A DNA stretch of 64,000 bases, taken from the NCBI GenBank assembly GCA_977017575.1, contig CDRNVI010000029.1, positions 744,001 to 808,000 of the forward strand, in the 5' to 3' direction. This document shows positions 34,040 through 44,893 of this stretch, piece by piece (the stretch's first letter is position 1; the number at the start of each line of letters is the position of its first letter). The position numbers and the translations under genes are program-made. The notes under the pieces were generated by a model. The model was not told where the DNA came from, searched no databases, and worked only from the letters and a program-made list of their open reading frames with translations. The stretch is from Paramoeba atlantica (Eukaryota > Protista > Discosea).

Positions 34040-36451
34040 CTATTGTCTACGATATACATAAGCCCGCGAGGAACGAAACTCAATGTCCCCTTTGCGCGTC
34101 ATGGCGTACAAAGCAAGTTGCACCCACTTTCGGTCGTGGCCTTGTGAGCGCAACAGGTTCGTCAGGCGAACAGTTTTCATTCCGAACCCTACACTACAGT
34201 TGTGGCGAATCGCTGCCTCGACACGGTGCACACGGGCTTGCTCCGCGGGTGTGAGCGTCGAGATCGGAGTAGCACCCGCCTTGCTCGCTTCAACTGTACT
34301 GACCTGGAACAGTCGTATCGCCTCCTCGGCATGCGTTGCTGTGGCGACTTTGGAGAGTGTCATCTTTGCTAAGGCCTCCGTCATGCGTACCAGACTTTCA
34401 AGCTGCCGCACGGTGAGATGGATGACACTATCGGAGGGATCGTCCCCGAAGAGGGCCTCGGTGGCCTCCGCTCGGATTTTGGTGAAGTAATTTTGCAGAA
34501 CTTCCTTGGCTTGTGAACTGATCAATGGGGTGCATGAGGCTTTGGCAAAAGCAATGTATTTTTGTAACAATGCGGGCTCGATAATATTAGGATTCGTGTG
34601 CGCCGCTCCAGAGTCAATGACTCCCGGACGTGAACGTTTGTGTCCTTGTTTGTGCAGCGACATTACGTGAGAGGCAATCCGAACATCTCTTTGAAAATCC
34701 TTCACGTCAACCAGACGAAAGATACAATCAAAACGAGAAAGGATACTTGCCTGAAAACTAATTTGTTCGTCATCCGACTTGGTAGGGTCAAAGCTTCCCA
34801 TTAACGGATTCGCCGCAGCTAACACACTACATCGCGCGTTGAGTACCGTAGAGATATTCGCTTTTGAGACCGAGATGGTTTGCTGTTCCATCGCTTCATG
34901 AATCGCAACCTGGTCTTGGATTCGCATCTTGTCAAATTCATCAATACACACCACCCCGCCGTCAGCCAGCACCAGCGAGCCCGCCTCCAGCCACCATTCC
35001 CCACCCTCCCCACGGACCACCGCCGCCGTGAGCCCTGCCGCGCTCCCGCCTTTCCCCGAGGTATACAACCCCACCGGAGCGACCTTCTCCACATACTTCA
35101 ATAGCTGACTCTTCGCCGTGGACGGATCCCCCATCAACAGCACATTCATATCTCCGCGAAGAATCGACCCGTCCTTAATCCGCTTCCTCGTCCCCCCAAA
35201 CAGCAAACACGCAATCGCCTTTTTAATATCCAGTGCCCCAAACACCGCAGGGTCAATACTCGCGGCAATATCCTCATACAGATGCGGTCGTTTCGCCAGA
35301 GCTTCAAAAATCTTCTCCTCCCTCGGTTGCCAAATCGGAAGCCGCAACATTGCATTCATCCCTTTACCCCACGAAGACGACGACGACGACGACGACGACG
35401 AACCCGGACTCCACCACGAAATCGCGCCCCCCCTCCCCTCCCCCTCCCCCCCTCCCTCCTGCGACAACCCCATCCACCCCACCCCTTTTAAATACGCCGT
35501 CCGTAGCCCCACCCCGTTTCGCGATCCATGATTTCCTTTGCCCCCCCCGCCCCCTCCCCCTCCCCCCCCTCTCTCCATCACTGCGTTCACCGCCACCACC
35601 CCCACCCGGTCCCCCGGCGCCACACGGTCGGTGAGGCCCCGGTCCACGAGCACCTCCACGCAGCGGGGCATCTCCCCCGGCGGGACCCCCTGCGGGAGCT
35701 CCTGGAGCCTCACCCGCTGCGCGTCCTCGTAGGCGCAGCTCTGGGCGAGCAGCGTGTAGGGCGCGGGGCGGCAGGGCGGGGTCCCGGGGAGGGGGCTGAC
35801 GTTGGAGACGCAGCGCCGGGGGAGCTCCAGGTCGTTGCTGAGGGGGAGGGCCACGACGGTTTTACAGGACTGGCACTGGAGGAGGGCGCGGACGCAACGG
35901 AGACGGGTCTTGCCGACTTTGATCACCAGGCCGGGGACGCAGAGGAGGTGGGCGACGGGGACGTGGCTGAGGTCGCGGAGGGGGGTGAGTGGGGAGGCCC
36001 AGAGGATTTGGAGTTGGATGTCGTGGGAGGGGGTGGGGGTGGGGGAGACGGGGAAGTAGTGCTCGGCTTCGGCGATCTCGCGGAGGGCTTCTTCGAAGAG
36101 GAAGATACATTGTGTGGCGCGATCCCGTAGGGCGATGCCTAAATCCTGACTGAAGCAGATGGCATCTTCCCAGTTGATTTCTAAGAAGTTTCGACCAGAG
36201 TAGAGATTCGATTGTAGCTGCTTCATGTAGTCAAGCACGATGGCGTTCCGAGAGGATGCCCGATACGAGGAGATAAATTCTTTAAACATTCGCTTCAGAC
36301 CTTCCGGTGAAGCTTGCCATCGAGGCAGGTCATTGGAAACACTCTCACCTTGAGAAGCACGGTCGGTTGTAACGTCCCAGCTGTAAGGTGCTTCACTAGG
36401 ATCACCTTCGGTCGGTGACAGCACAGATACACGTCCTAGATCGTGTTGCAT
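34040..36451 (-). CDS. MCM5: DNA replication licensing factor MCM5
   Basis: IKKAIACLLFGG.RK...DG..LRGDMNVLL.GDPSTAKSQLLK, YTSGKGGSAAGLTA, CIDEFDKMR..DQVAIHEAMEQQTIS, ILSRFD. The GDPSTAKSQ and KA+.CLLFGG combination is MCM5-like. First ATG is at 36451. No introns. Confidence 0.9.
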   Translation of the reverse strand: MQHDLGRVSVLSPTEGDPSEAPYSWDVTTDRASQGESVSNDLPRWQASPEGLKRMFKEFISSYRASSRNAIVLDYMKQLQSNLYSGRNFLEINWEDAICFSQDLGIALRDRATQCIFLFEEALREIAEAEHYFPVSPTPTPSHDIQLQILWASPLTPLRDLSHVPVAHLLCVPGLVIKVGKTRLRCVRALLQCQSCKTVVALPLSNDLELPRRCVSNVSPLPGTPPCRPAPYTLLAQSCAYEDAQRVRLQELPQGVPPGEMPRCVEVLVDRGLTDRVAPGDRVGVVAVNAVMERGGGGGGGGGGKGNHGSRNGVGLRTAYLKGVGWMGLSQEGGGEGEGRGGAISWWSPGSSSSSSSSSSWGKGMNAMLRLPIWQPREEKIFEALAKRPHLYEDIAASIDPAVFGALDIKKAIACLLFGGTRKRIKDGSILRGDMNVLLMGDPSTAKSQLLKYVEKVAPVGLYTSGKGGSAAGLTAAVVRGEGGEWWLEAGSLVLADGGVVCIDEFDKMRIQDQVAIHEAMEQQTISVSKANISTVLNARCSVLAAANPLMGSFDPTKSDDEQISFQASILSRFDCIFRLVDVKDFQRDVRIASHVMSLHKQGHKRSRPGVIDSGAAHTNPNIIEPALLQKYIAFAKASCTPLISSQAKEVLQNYFTKIRAEATEALFGDDPSDSVIHLTVRQLESLVRMTEALAKMTLSKVATATHAEEAIRLFQVSTVEASKAGATPISTLTPAEQARVHRVEAAIRHNCSVGFGMKTVRLTNLLRSQGHDRKWVQLALYAMTRKGDIEFRSSRAYVYRRQ

Positions 36452-37096
36452 GGACCATGAAAATTGTTTTTTTCGAGTCGATAAAAAATCGTATATTTTC
36501 TGGAAAAAACTGTGATCTGCCTTATAAATACACACAAGTGTATCTGTAAGTGTGTGATAAAGTAAGTCGAACTTGGGAAGAAACGCTCCTCAAAGATAAA
36601 GCTTGTACTTAACCTAAACCGAGAGTATCATTGAATCTCTCTCTTGAGAAACTACACTTTCTCAAAGCCTTTTTCTAAATCGTATACGCCATATGATCTA
36701 CAAATAACGACACGGCCACACGATAAAATAATTTTTGTTTTCATTTCATTCAAGCTGCTCGTTTCAAGCTGTTGATATACACCGGCCCAAGCAAAACAAA
36801 AATACTACCTTTTTTCTCCATCACTTAATCAAGGAATAAGATTGGGATATGTTTCCTAAAAATAATTCTTCAAAAAAATACCGAAAACTAAAAACAACAC
36901 ACGACGCAAATGTGATTCGCGTTCGAACACCCCTAAGGGAATCTGTGTATAACTGAAACCTCACTTCAAATACTAAAAAAAACTATTCACCAGCGCGCCA
37001 ACAAAAATAACACATATAATAAAATATTAGTATTCTATCGCACGTGCCAATCAAAGAAACCCACTACTCAACTCATCAGACCTTATTCGCGCAGCT

Positions 37097-40009
37097 CTAC
37101 AAATAGTACGGCATTTGTCGCAGTTCCATTCCCACGTTTGGCTTGGCAGCGGAGGAGGTTCCGTGGAAGAATGCCAACTTGCTTGCGCATTGCAGGACGA
37201 AGGGTGCCTTGATGGATCCGGGCCAGTTCGTGTACATCCAGCACAGGTGGTAGGACATGTTCTCTATAGCTTGCAAGGGCAAACCGCCATCACGGAGCAC
37301 AAAGTACTTGACCGGTTTCGAGGTAGCCAGGGTGCAGTCGACAGCGATTTGGGAAAAGGAGTGGGAGCTGTGCTCGACAACATGTCCACGAGGAATGTTG
37401 TGCCACTCCACCCGTCCGCCCTTTGATACTGGCGCTGCGTAGCGATCATGAATACGTTTCTGGACTACCATGAAGGTAAGTTCAACGTTTTTGCTTCCGA
37501 GTAATTTTTCACAGTCCGCCATCTCTTCAACGCGCACACGGTCCATCATGCTGTCTCCCACACCGTCGCGGTACACTACAACGCGTCCGACATTGGAACC
37601 TTTCACGAGCACCTCGAACACTTCTTCGAGAAATTCCTTCAATGTAGTCATGCTCATGCGATCCATCACTGGGCTACGTCCGTCAGTCTGCTCACTCGCG
37701 GCTCCAGCATTGCGGCGGCTTTCAGTCGATGATCCTCCCATCATCTTCTGTCGGGACACCTGCATGTCTGTGTTGCACAAATGGCTCCACTTTCGAGTCT
37801 CCGCATTGTAGTACCAGGCTACAAAACCAGCGAGGTTGCGACGTTGATTTTCGAAGGATCCGGATTCACTTGCTTCGCTTTTGCGATCGCTATAGATATC
37901 GTAGCCCACGTAGATGGTGCCATTTGCTCCAAGCTCCGGAACGTTGCTCGGAATGTCAACCAGCCACAATGGCGTACCCATCTTAGCAGTCACATTCTTC
38001 GCAATGTTGTGAACATAGGGTCCTGCCGTTTTTGCCTTGCTCATCTTGTCAAAGTCTACGAATTGGGAGACGATGCCCATAGACCCCAGTTCGCTCTTCA
38101 ACGTGCCGTAGGCATCCTGACCACGTGTGCTGTGGCCGTTGCTGAGGACGCATAGCACAAGGGCGGGTGTACCTTCCGCCATGGCCTGGCGTACGGCATC
38201 GGTTCGCACGGAGTCCAAGCATTTGTCGATAAAGTCGCGGTCGTCTTCACCACTATCGACGAAGGTGACAGGTCCTTTCGCCTTCCATACGCCACGAATG
38301 CGTTCGTTGACATCCATAATTTGACGCACTAAGTCACGAGCCTTAGCACCCCAACCAAAGACTTGGTATTCTTTGCGTTCCTCGTTGAACTGAATCCGCA
38401 TGGTCTGGGGAGCGAAATCTTGATTCGGGCGGAGAGTCTCTGGAGAGCCAACGATCTGGACTTTGACGGTCTTCATTTCTTTCGGTTGTATGGTTTCCAA
38501 TGCCGCATTCTTGATCTGAAGGCCGTATCCGCTCAGGAGCTCTTTCGGTTCCTGTTCATCGAATCTCTTCACCAACTTGATACACTGATCTTGCATTTCC
38601 TCGGGCATCTTGGAGCATCGCGTCGGAAGGAAGCGTCGTGCTTCAGTGCTTAATTGGTCCACAAGGACGAATTCAGGAATGAGGCGGACGCGGCCGGAGC
38701 GCTCACCCCAGATAAGAGGCTGATCCGTCTTTGTAACCTCCAACCCATACGTCTCCTTGTAGTAATCCGCATAAGAGATCGTTCGTCCGCTCTTAAGCTC
38801 GAAGACGGACTCCACCGTCGTCCCCTTATCCACTTTGTAGACCATGTAGTTGCGCTTCCTCGTTCCGTAAGACGTCATCACCTTGAGACCCAGCAGACTG
38901 CGCGGCCCGTTCTTGTTGAGGTAGTCCAGCGCAGTTACACGTGCTTCCACATGACTTCGAGGATGAACAATGAGAACAACACCGTTGTCTGTCAACTGGA
39001 ATGTTGCAAAGTAACCAGGTACCACAATCATATCGCGATACACACGTTGCCGAGTGAAATCGCAGTATATTTTTCCTGTTCGGCGAAGATCTAATGATTC
39101 CAGAATTCGGCATAACACATGATTGTACACTTGCATCGTTTGTTCCTCATTAGAGCGGGGGTTGAGTTGCACCTTAGTGATGTCTTCTTTGCGTAGTTCC
39201 ATTGTGGTCTTGAAAGATCCAAGGGAGACTTCACGTGAAAGCGGTTCTTGCAAATGTTCGGAGATATCCTCAAGGCAATAAAAGTTAGTTCCAGAGATGA
39301 TCAAATCGAGCTTCTTGAGGTATTCCTTTTCTAAGACTTGGCGAAGATATCCGAATAGAAGCTTCTTACGTTGAATTTCGCTGATGTTTTCATTTTTCTC
39401 GATGCTGAGGGGATACATGTAGACCTCCGCCTTACTGATGGAGACACTGACAGCATTCCACATTACGTCGCGGCATGGTGCACGCTGACGGAGGGCGTCA
39501 CGTTCGGATGCCATCAAACGACCACGTTCCGTCCTGTCTTTATCAGCCCAGAAACGATCCCAACAGCCACTGCAACAGCGTTTATTGGGGACGTCCGCAT
39601 GCTTTCCTACTCGGCATAACTTACCACAGCTGTCGCATTTGGCGTACTCGCTCCCAATGAAGGGCATCATGCTTCCGGTGCCCGGACCACCTCCCATGGG
39701 ACCGCCCATCGGACGGGGACCACCGGGTGCACCACCCGGAGGGCCACCTGGTCGTCCTCCAGGAGCTGGGCCACGATCGTCTCTTCGGTAGTTGTCGTTT
39801 CGGCGATCATCGCGGCGGTTGTCATCCCGGCGATAGTCTTGGCGGTGGTCACGCGAGCGATCGTCCCTGCGATAGTCGTCGCGACGGTCATCGCGTCGAT
39901 AATCATCACGACGGTCATCGCGCCGATAATCATCACGACGATCATCGCGCCGATAATCATCGCGCCGGTAGTCGTCACGTCGGTAGTCGTCGCGTCGATT
40001 GTAACTCAT
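37097..40009 (-). CDS. PIWI-type Argonaute, copy 1 (970 aa)
   Basis: PAZ (LLGLKVMTSY..ISYADYYKETY..DQPL..LIPE), MID pocket (YGTLK, SQFV, AKMG), PIWI (VGYD, AGFVA, VYRDGVGD, QKRI, LCWMY.NWPG.IK.P..KLA). N-terminal RRDDY repeats and a Cys cluster. Confidence 0.95.
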   Translation of the reverse strand: MSYNRRDDYRRDDYRRDDYRRDDRRDDYRRDDRRDDYRRDDRRDDYRRDDRSRDHRQDYRRDDNRRDDRRNDNYRRDDRGPAPGGRPGGPPGGAPGGPRPMGGPMGGGPGTGSMMPFIGSEYAKCDSCGKLCRVGKHADVPNKRCCSGCWDRFWADKDRTERGRLMASERDALRQRAPCRDVMWNAVSVSISKAEVYMYPLSIEKNENISEIQRKKLLFGYLRQVLEKEYLKKLDLIISGTNFYCLEDISEHLQEPLSREVSLGSFKTTMELRKEDITKVQLNPRSNEEQTMQVYNHVLCRILESLDLRRTGKIYCDFTRQRVYRDMIVVPGYFATFQLTDNGVVLIVHPRSHVEARVTALDYLNKNGPRSLLGLKVMTSYGTRKRNYMVYKVDKGTTVESVFELKSGRTISYADYYKETYGLEVTKTDQPLIWGERSGRVRLIPEFVLVDQLSTEARRFLPTRCSKMPEEMQDQCIKLVKRFDEQEPKELLSGYGLQIKNAALETIQPKEMKTVKVQIVGSPETLRPNQDFAPQTMRIQFNEERKEYQVFGWGAKARDLVRQIMDVNERIRGVWKAKGPVTFVDSGEDDRDFIDKCLDSVRTDAVRQAMAEGTPALVLCVLSNGHSTRGQDAYGTLKSELGSMGIVSQFVDFDKMSKAKTAGPYVHNIAKNVTAKMGTPLWLVDIPSNVPELGANGTIYVGYDIYSDRKSEASESGSFENQRRNLAGFVAWYYNAETRKWSHLCNTDMQVSRQKMMGGSSTESRRNAGAASEQTDGRSPVMDRMSMTTLKEFLEEVFEVLVKGSNVGRVVVYRDGVGDSMMDRVRVEEMADCEKLLGSKNVELTFMVVQKRIHDRYAAPVSKGGRVEWHNIPRGHVVEHSSHSFSQIAVDCTLATSKPVKYFVLRDGGLPLQAIENMSYHLCWMYTNWPGSIKAPFVLQCASKLAFFHGTSSAAKPNVGMELRQMPYYL

Positions 40010-40442
40010 AGAATTTGGTTAAAAGTAGTTAAATTTTCAGGTTCCGTTGTATGTCCTTGTTGTATCTGACATACAACAATTAGGACATAATGTCCGAGAA
40101 ACGACTTATTGATGTTGCATGTGATTAAACAGAGAAACTATGGGAGACTTTTATACATTCAGCGAATTGTGGGTTAAGTTGTTTCATATCAGCGAATCAC
40201 TACAAGAGTAATCATCATGGAATTTTCTGGAGATACGTGGAAACAGTGTTTCATTGTGACAACCGGTCATCTACAGACTTTCCATTTCATTTTTATCCCC
40301 CCAGACCCTTTTTTCATTCATTCTCGAGCCAGCAATCCTTCGGAGGTTTCACCTGCTTCGGATTCCGCTCCTTCGATTTCAAGTCCTTCAATCGAGACTT
40401 CCCCAAGTCAACGAGATCGGATCGCAATCCCTGGACATAGCT

Positions 40443-40500
40443 ACAACAATAATTTTTGTAATAATAATAATAATAATTAATAATTATTATTATTAAATAA
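40443..40500. repeat. (AAT)n microsatellite / AT-rich tract
   Basis: AATAATAATAATAATAAT... directly visible. Confidence 0.85.
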
Positions 40501-40870
40501 ATCAAATTATTAATTTTATGTGTGCGACCAAGGCTTCACAACTCCGCAGTTTCCAGTCCCAAGCGTGGAGCAGGTCAATATGTGAAAACCAGGGGAGGAG
40601 GGGGAAGCATGTACTTTGTCTTATGTAAACTTGTGATCGTAATTGTGATCGAGCATTGTCGTGTTACTTTTATATGAACTCATACACTCACTGTTTCCTC
40701 GTAAAAAAAGGGTTCCGAAAACGATGCTCAGATGTATCAGCGGTATTTATTAAATTTTGAACTATTCTTCTTACATTAGTACTTCATTTTGTACACATTG
40801 TTGTACACTTTTTTGGCGACTTATATCACATTTAGAAATTACTTTACTTATTTTACTTGTTCCATTTATG

Positions 40871-41098
40871 ATCGAGACATGAGCTTCGCCTTGGATGTGT
40901 CTTTCGAGACACCTCTCCTTGGTTCCCATTACGTCTTGATTGGATGAACTGTCGGGTTCATGCCAGGGACATCGAGACATGGGTTTCGCCTTGGATGTGT
41001 CTTTCGAGACACCTCTCTTTGGTTCCCATTACGTCTTGATTGGATGAACTGTTGGGTTCATGCCAGGGACATCGAGACATGGGTTTCCCCTTGGATGT
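40871..41098 (+). repeat. 100-bp tandem repeat (~2.3 units)
   Basis: ATCGAGACATG recurs at 40871, 40971 and 41071, with near-identical sequence between. Confidence 0.92.
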
Positions 41099-41129
41099 GC
41101 TGGGCAGCCCCAGCGTGATCCCGAAATCA

Positions 41130-41760
41130 ACAGCCCCGTCTGAGGGGGGGGGCTACCAAGCTCCCTAGTAACCAACCGGGCCCTAAACCTATATCCCCTA
41201 CCCAAGGGGGGGGGCGAGCAGATGGCCCGCGAGACTAGCGCCGAGGCTGGCAGCCTCAGAGCGGACCCGTATCCAAAATCCCATTGTAATGGGGGGTCCA
41301 AACTGCACTCTTGCGGGACGATGATGGAACGCATTGCATCGGCAGCTAAGGGCCCCAGCACCGCGGAAACTACGACGAAGGACGGGGAGTCAGCCCTCAG
41401 ACCAGGACCCAAACGGACCTTGACCCCTCAAACCCAAGTCGCTCAAACCGAGGAGAGAGGACCAGTCCCGTCCCCTGAACACCTGGCAGAGTTACTGGCG
41501 AGGGGGACCCTGCGTAAACTTTACGCCATCCAAACCCCAGCCTGGAGGGAGTACGTAGCCAACGTCTGCCACGGCTTCCTAGACAAGACAGTCGAGGGAA
41601 AAACCGAAGTAGCGTGGAACCTCCTACTCGGGGTCAAGCGCTTCCTCTTCTACCCCGAGGACAAACTATCCCAACGGCAACTCGCACGCGAACTACGAAT
41701 GCGAGCACATCTCGAGGCTCGCATTCGTAGTTGCGCCATACATGAAATATATTAGAAAAA
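41130..41760 (+). mobile_element. Probable 5'-proximal fragment of a CRE/SLACS-like element
   Basis: ORF 41222..41755 has the C-rich codon style of the other CRE fragments and W...AW.LL..KRFL motifs resembling the pre-RT region. It follows a tandem repeat. Weak evidence. Confidence 0.4.
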
Positions 41761-43835
41761 TATAACGTTTTAGAACCTTCTTGATGCCATACAGCTCGAT
41801 CACGCGGCTTGAAGGTGAGGAAGCGACTTGCAAGCCACTCGCCTCTTGCATGATGCGTTTCCATTCGTTGTGAAGATGACCAAGGAGGTAAGATCTGTTG
41901 TTAAATTCAGAAGTTTGTTTGAAGTTCGAAGCATGAAGTCCGTACCTCTATTCGTGACATTTTTGGTTTTTTACTTTGAACTATACTCTTCTTATCTAGC
42001 TCATATTTATCCTGCAATTCCCTACATGTAGGGCATCAATAGAGATCAGCTAAACGACTTTCGTTGAACCTCGGCGAGTAAATCCCCTTGTTATGCATAC
42101 AGATCTCGGACGTCTCAGCTCTTACCTTTAGCCGGTAGTTTCGACGACCAATGATATTGGACCGGCACGCGGGCCGTCAATAATTTCTGGGTGGACTATG
42201 GTGAAAATGTACCCTAAAAAACAAATTTTTGAAAATAACATTCTAACAAAAAACAAATGTGATTCGGCACTATTCTAAGACACTTTGCGACAGTTTTCCC
42301 TGATAAACACAATAAAATTTACCGATGTCCTGCAAGATCATCAGTGGTAATCTCAGATTTCAAATGTCTAGGTCCGGTAAGGGATGGTTAATTACGGGGC
42401 AAAATCCTGGTATGACGAAATGTGGTGTGGTAAGGGGGGAGGCGAAGTAAGGGGGGGGAGGTAACGGTAAGTGGTGGTGTGATGTGGGTGGTCACTATTT
42501 CCCGAAAGTTTTTACTGCTGGAAGACATTACTCATGGACGCCGCCGCTGGTCACCAAATATGATTCATGGTTATCGATATTGTCGTACATGTTCAATTCA
42601 CGACAAGCTTCAATTGCACCTCATGTGATCGCTAATCAAATATTTTTCCATGGCAACAGCGAGCAACTTGGCTACTTAACTGAGCATATGAATGAAGTGG
42701 CGGGTGAGGATGAGACGATGACGATGAAATATCGAATGGCGACCTCATTGGGGAGAGTAGTTCTGGAGAACATTGCATTCAGGAATCTTTTTTGGGAATG
42801 TTTTGAAAAGCTATTTTATGACCGAATAATATACAGTGGTTTCAATTCAACTTCCCCTCCCCCCGCAGAATTTTGAGTCTTTTTGTCCGTTTTTGCTCAT
42901 TTTTGATCTCGTTCCCCTAGTGAAGTGCTTTGGCACCTTTTTTATAATAGGGACCCCCTAGTGCTCATACGTATCTCATACTGTGACCCCGCCTTAATAT
43001 GCCCACATTTTTGGAGTTTGTGCATATAAAAGGGGGGGTGCATAATAAAGGGGGGGCGCGCCACTTCCCTCTCATACTGTATGATTGGTCCTTGGAAATG
43101 CTGTTTTTCCTAATATTGCCGTTCTGTTGAGCCTCGTATTGTTTTATTGCGCGTTGTTGCTTTTCGCTCGACGATCTCTATGGCAATAATTTTTCTGTAC
43201 CACTTCGTGCCAAGTTGAATGGCAATTGAAAAAAACGTAAAATGATCTCCTTTTTTAGCTGGCTTCGCAAAGTTTCACGAGCGTTACCCTAGTTATTTGG
43301 AGGGGTGACTCCTATCCAGGCGCTTCTAGGCGCTTCCAGTGAATTTCTATGGAGTTCGGACTTGGTAATTTGAGGATAAGCAATGTAAACCCCCATATGG
43401 GGGGACATGGGGGGCACATTTTTTTTATTTTCTAAAATCTTGTCCAAGGAAGTGGCAGATTGGGCAGCGGCTATCGCTCGGTCCCGGTAATAAGGCATTT
43501 TGCACTGCGTCAACAAGAGATGAATGCTGTAAATTGTTGTTGTTTTTGTTGGTAACAAGAGCGCCCGCATTACAACCCCGTTCATCAAAAATGGGACTAA
43601 CCTTTAGAGAGCTACGCGTCTTGTTTTTTGATAATTTTCTTTCAGGCTTCCTCACATTACTACAGAGAAGATCGCAAAAATAGTGTCGAAAGGCGCAAAA
43701 GACTAATATTTTAATTATTTGTATTTTATCCTCTTTTTTGTGCATTTAATGTGACTTTTGGAGTTTTCGTAAGAATTATTGAGAAAATTTAACCAGTTTT
43801 TAACATTACTCCCGATCTTTTTCCTTTAACGACAT

Positions 43836-44822
43836 ATGAATTCTAGCGATAGCGAAGAGCTGTCGAGCGGGGTCACTCTTTCGGATGAAAATGATTCTGA
43901 TTGGAATCCATCAGATGAAATGGAATCAGATTTCTCTGAATCACAAGAATCGTCTTCTTTTTCGTCGAATGGTTCGTGTGCTTCTCTAGGATATGATTCG
44001 CCGCACGACGTACGTGTATTGTCTAGTTCATCCAGCTACTCAACTTCCAGTGGCTCGGAATCTTCGTATTCTTCTTCTTCGGAATCTTCGTATTCTTCTT
44101 CGGAATCTTCGTATTCTTCTGCTAGCGAAAGTAACGTTTCCTCCCCTCTCCCACTTTCCCCTCTCTTACTTTCTCCTGCACGCCGTGTTTGCTCTTCGAC
44201 CCGCTCTCGCATTCCATCTTTTTCACCAGACTGTTTTCAAAGAAGTGGATCGTTGTCTCCAGGATTTGATGCCGAGCTATTGGAAGCGATACGTGATATT
44301 AAGGACGTTCACTCCGATATATCCCACCCAGCTGTTGACAACACCTTCTCTGATAGTTTACCCCCTGAAATGGAAGAACCAGATTCCAAACAACCAACCA
44401 ATCAGTTAATTACAGATCCAAGAGATGATCAATTAAAATCTTTGGAGAAAAAAATCAGTGCCAAAGATGCAGTTATCAAGAGGCTGCGCAACAAACTTTG
44501 CAAGACTAAACGCAAAGTGAAGACTCTTGAAAAGCGTGGAAGTAAGCAGAAGGAAGACTTTTTGGAGACCGAAAAGCGGAAAACAGAAATGGAGATCAAA
44601 GTGGAAATATTAAAAAGGGACAACGCAAGCGCTCGCACAGAGTGTCAGGACCTGAAAAAACGTTTCAATCACTTAATGTGCGAGCGGCAGAAAACACTTA
44701 AAATAGTAAGCGAGTTCCGTCGCGCATCTCTGCTTGAAAAAAAAGAGCGAAGCGTTGGAAAGAAAAGAGGTCGTCCGATGAAAAAGAAAAATGAAAGAAA
44801 ACGCTATCTAACTGCAGTTTAA
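43836..44822 (+). CDS. Transposon ORF1: Ser/acidic low-complexity region + coiled coil + AT-hook-like motif
   Basis: 328-aa ATG ORF inside the TIRs, with a heptad-rich region and KKRGRPMKK. Confidence 0.65.
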   Translation: MNSSDSEELSSGVTLSDENDSDWNPSDEMESDFSESQESSSFSSNGSCASLGYDSPHDVRVLSSSSSYSTSSGSESSYSSSSESSYSSSESSYSSASESNVSSPLPLSPLLLSPARRVCSSTRSRIPSFSPDCFQRSGSLSPGFDAELLEAIRDIKDVHSDISHPAVDNTFSDSLPPEMEEPDSKQPTNQLITDPRDDQLKSLEKKISAKDAVIKRLRNKLCKTKRKVKTLEKRGSKQKEDFLETEKRKTEMEIKVEILKRDNASARTECQDLKKRFNHLMCERQKTLKIVSEFRRASLLEKKERSVGKKRGRPMKKKNERKRYLTAV

Positions 44823-44893
44823 CTGAATCTGGATTGTTTCTTTTGAAAGGTTAATATCAAACAGGTTTGTTCTGTCAAGCGGATCTTTGCTAT

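Noticed and set aside
37115-40069. Many short ORFs overlapping the PIWI genes (e.g. MTTTGAMIIG..., repeated in each copy)
   Set aside because: These are shadow frames of the long CDS and its RRDDY repeat. Their recurrence only reflects the duplication.
44817-44864. Intron joining Tc1 ORF1 and the transposase ORF
   Set aside because: The obvious GT...AG pair does not put the two ORFs in frame, and no introns are evident elsewhere in the window.
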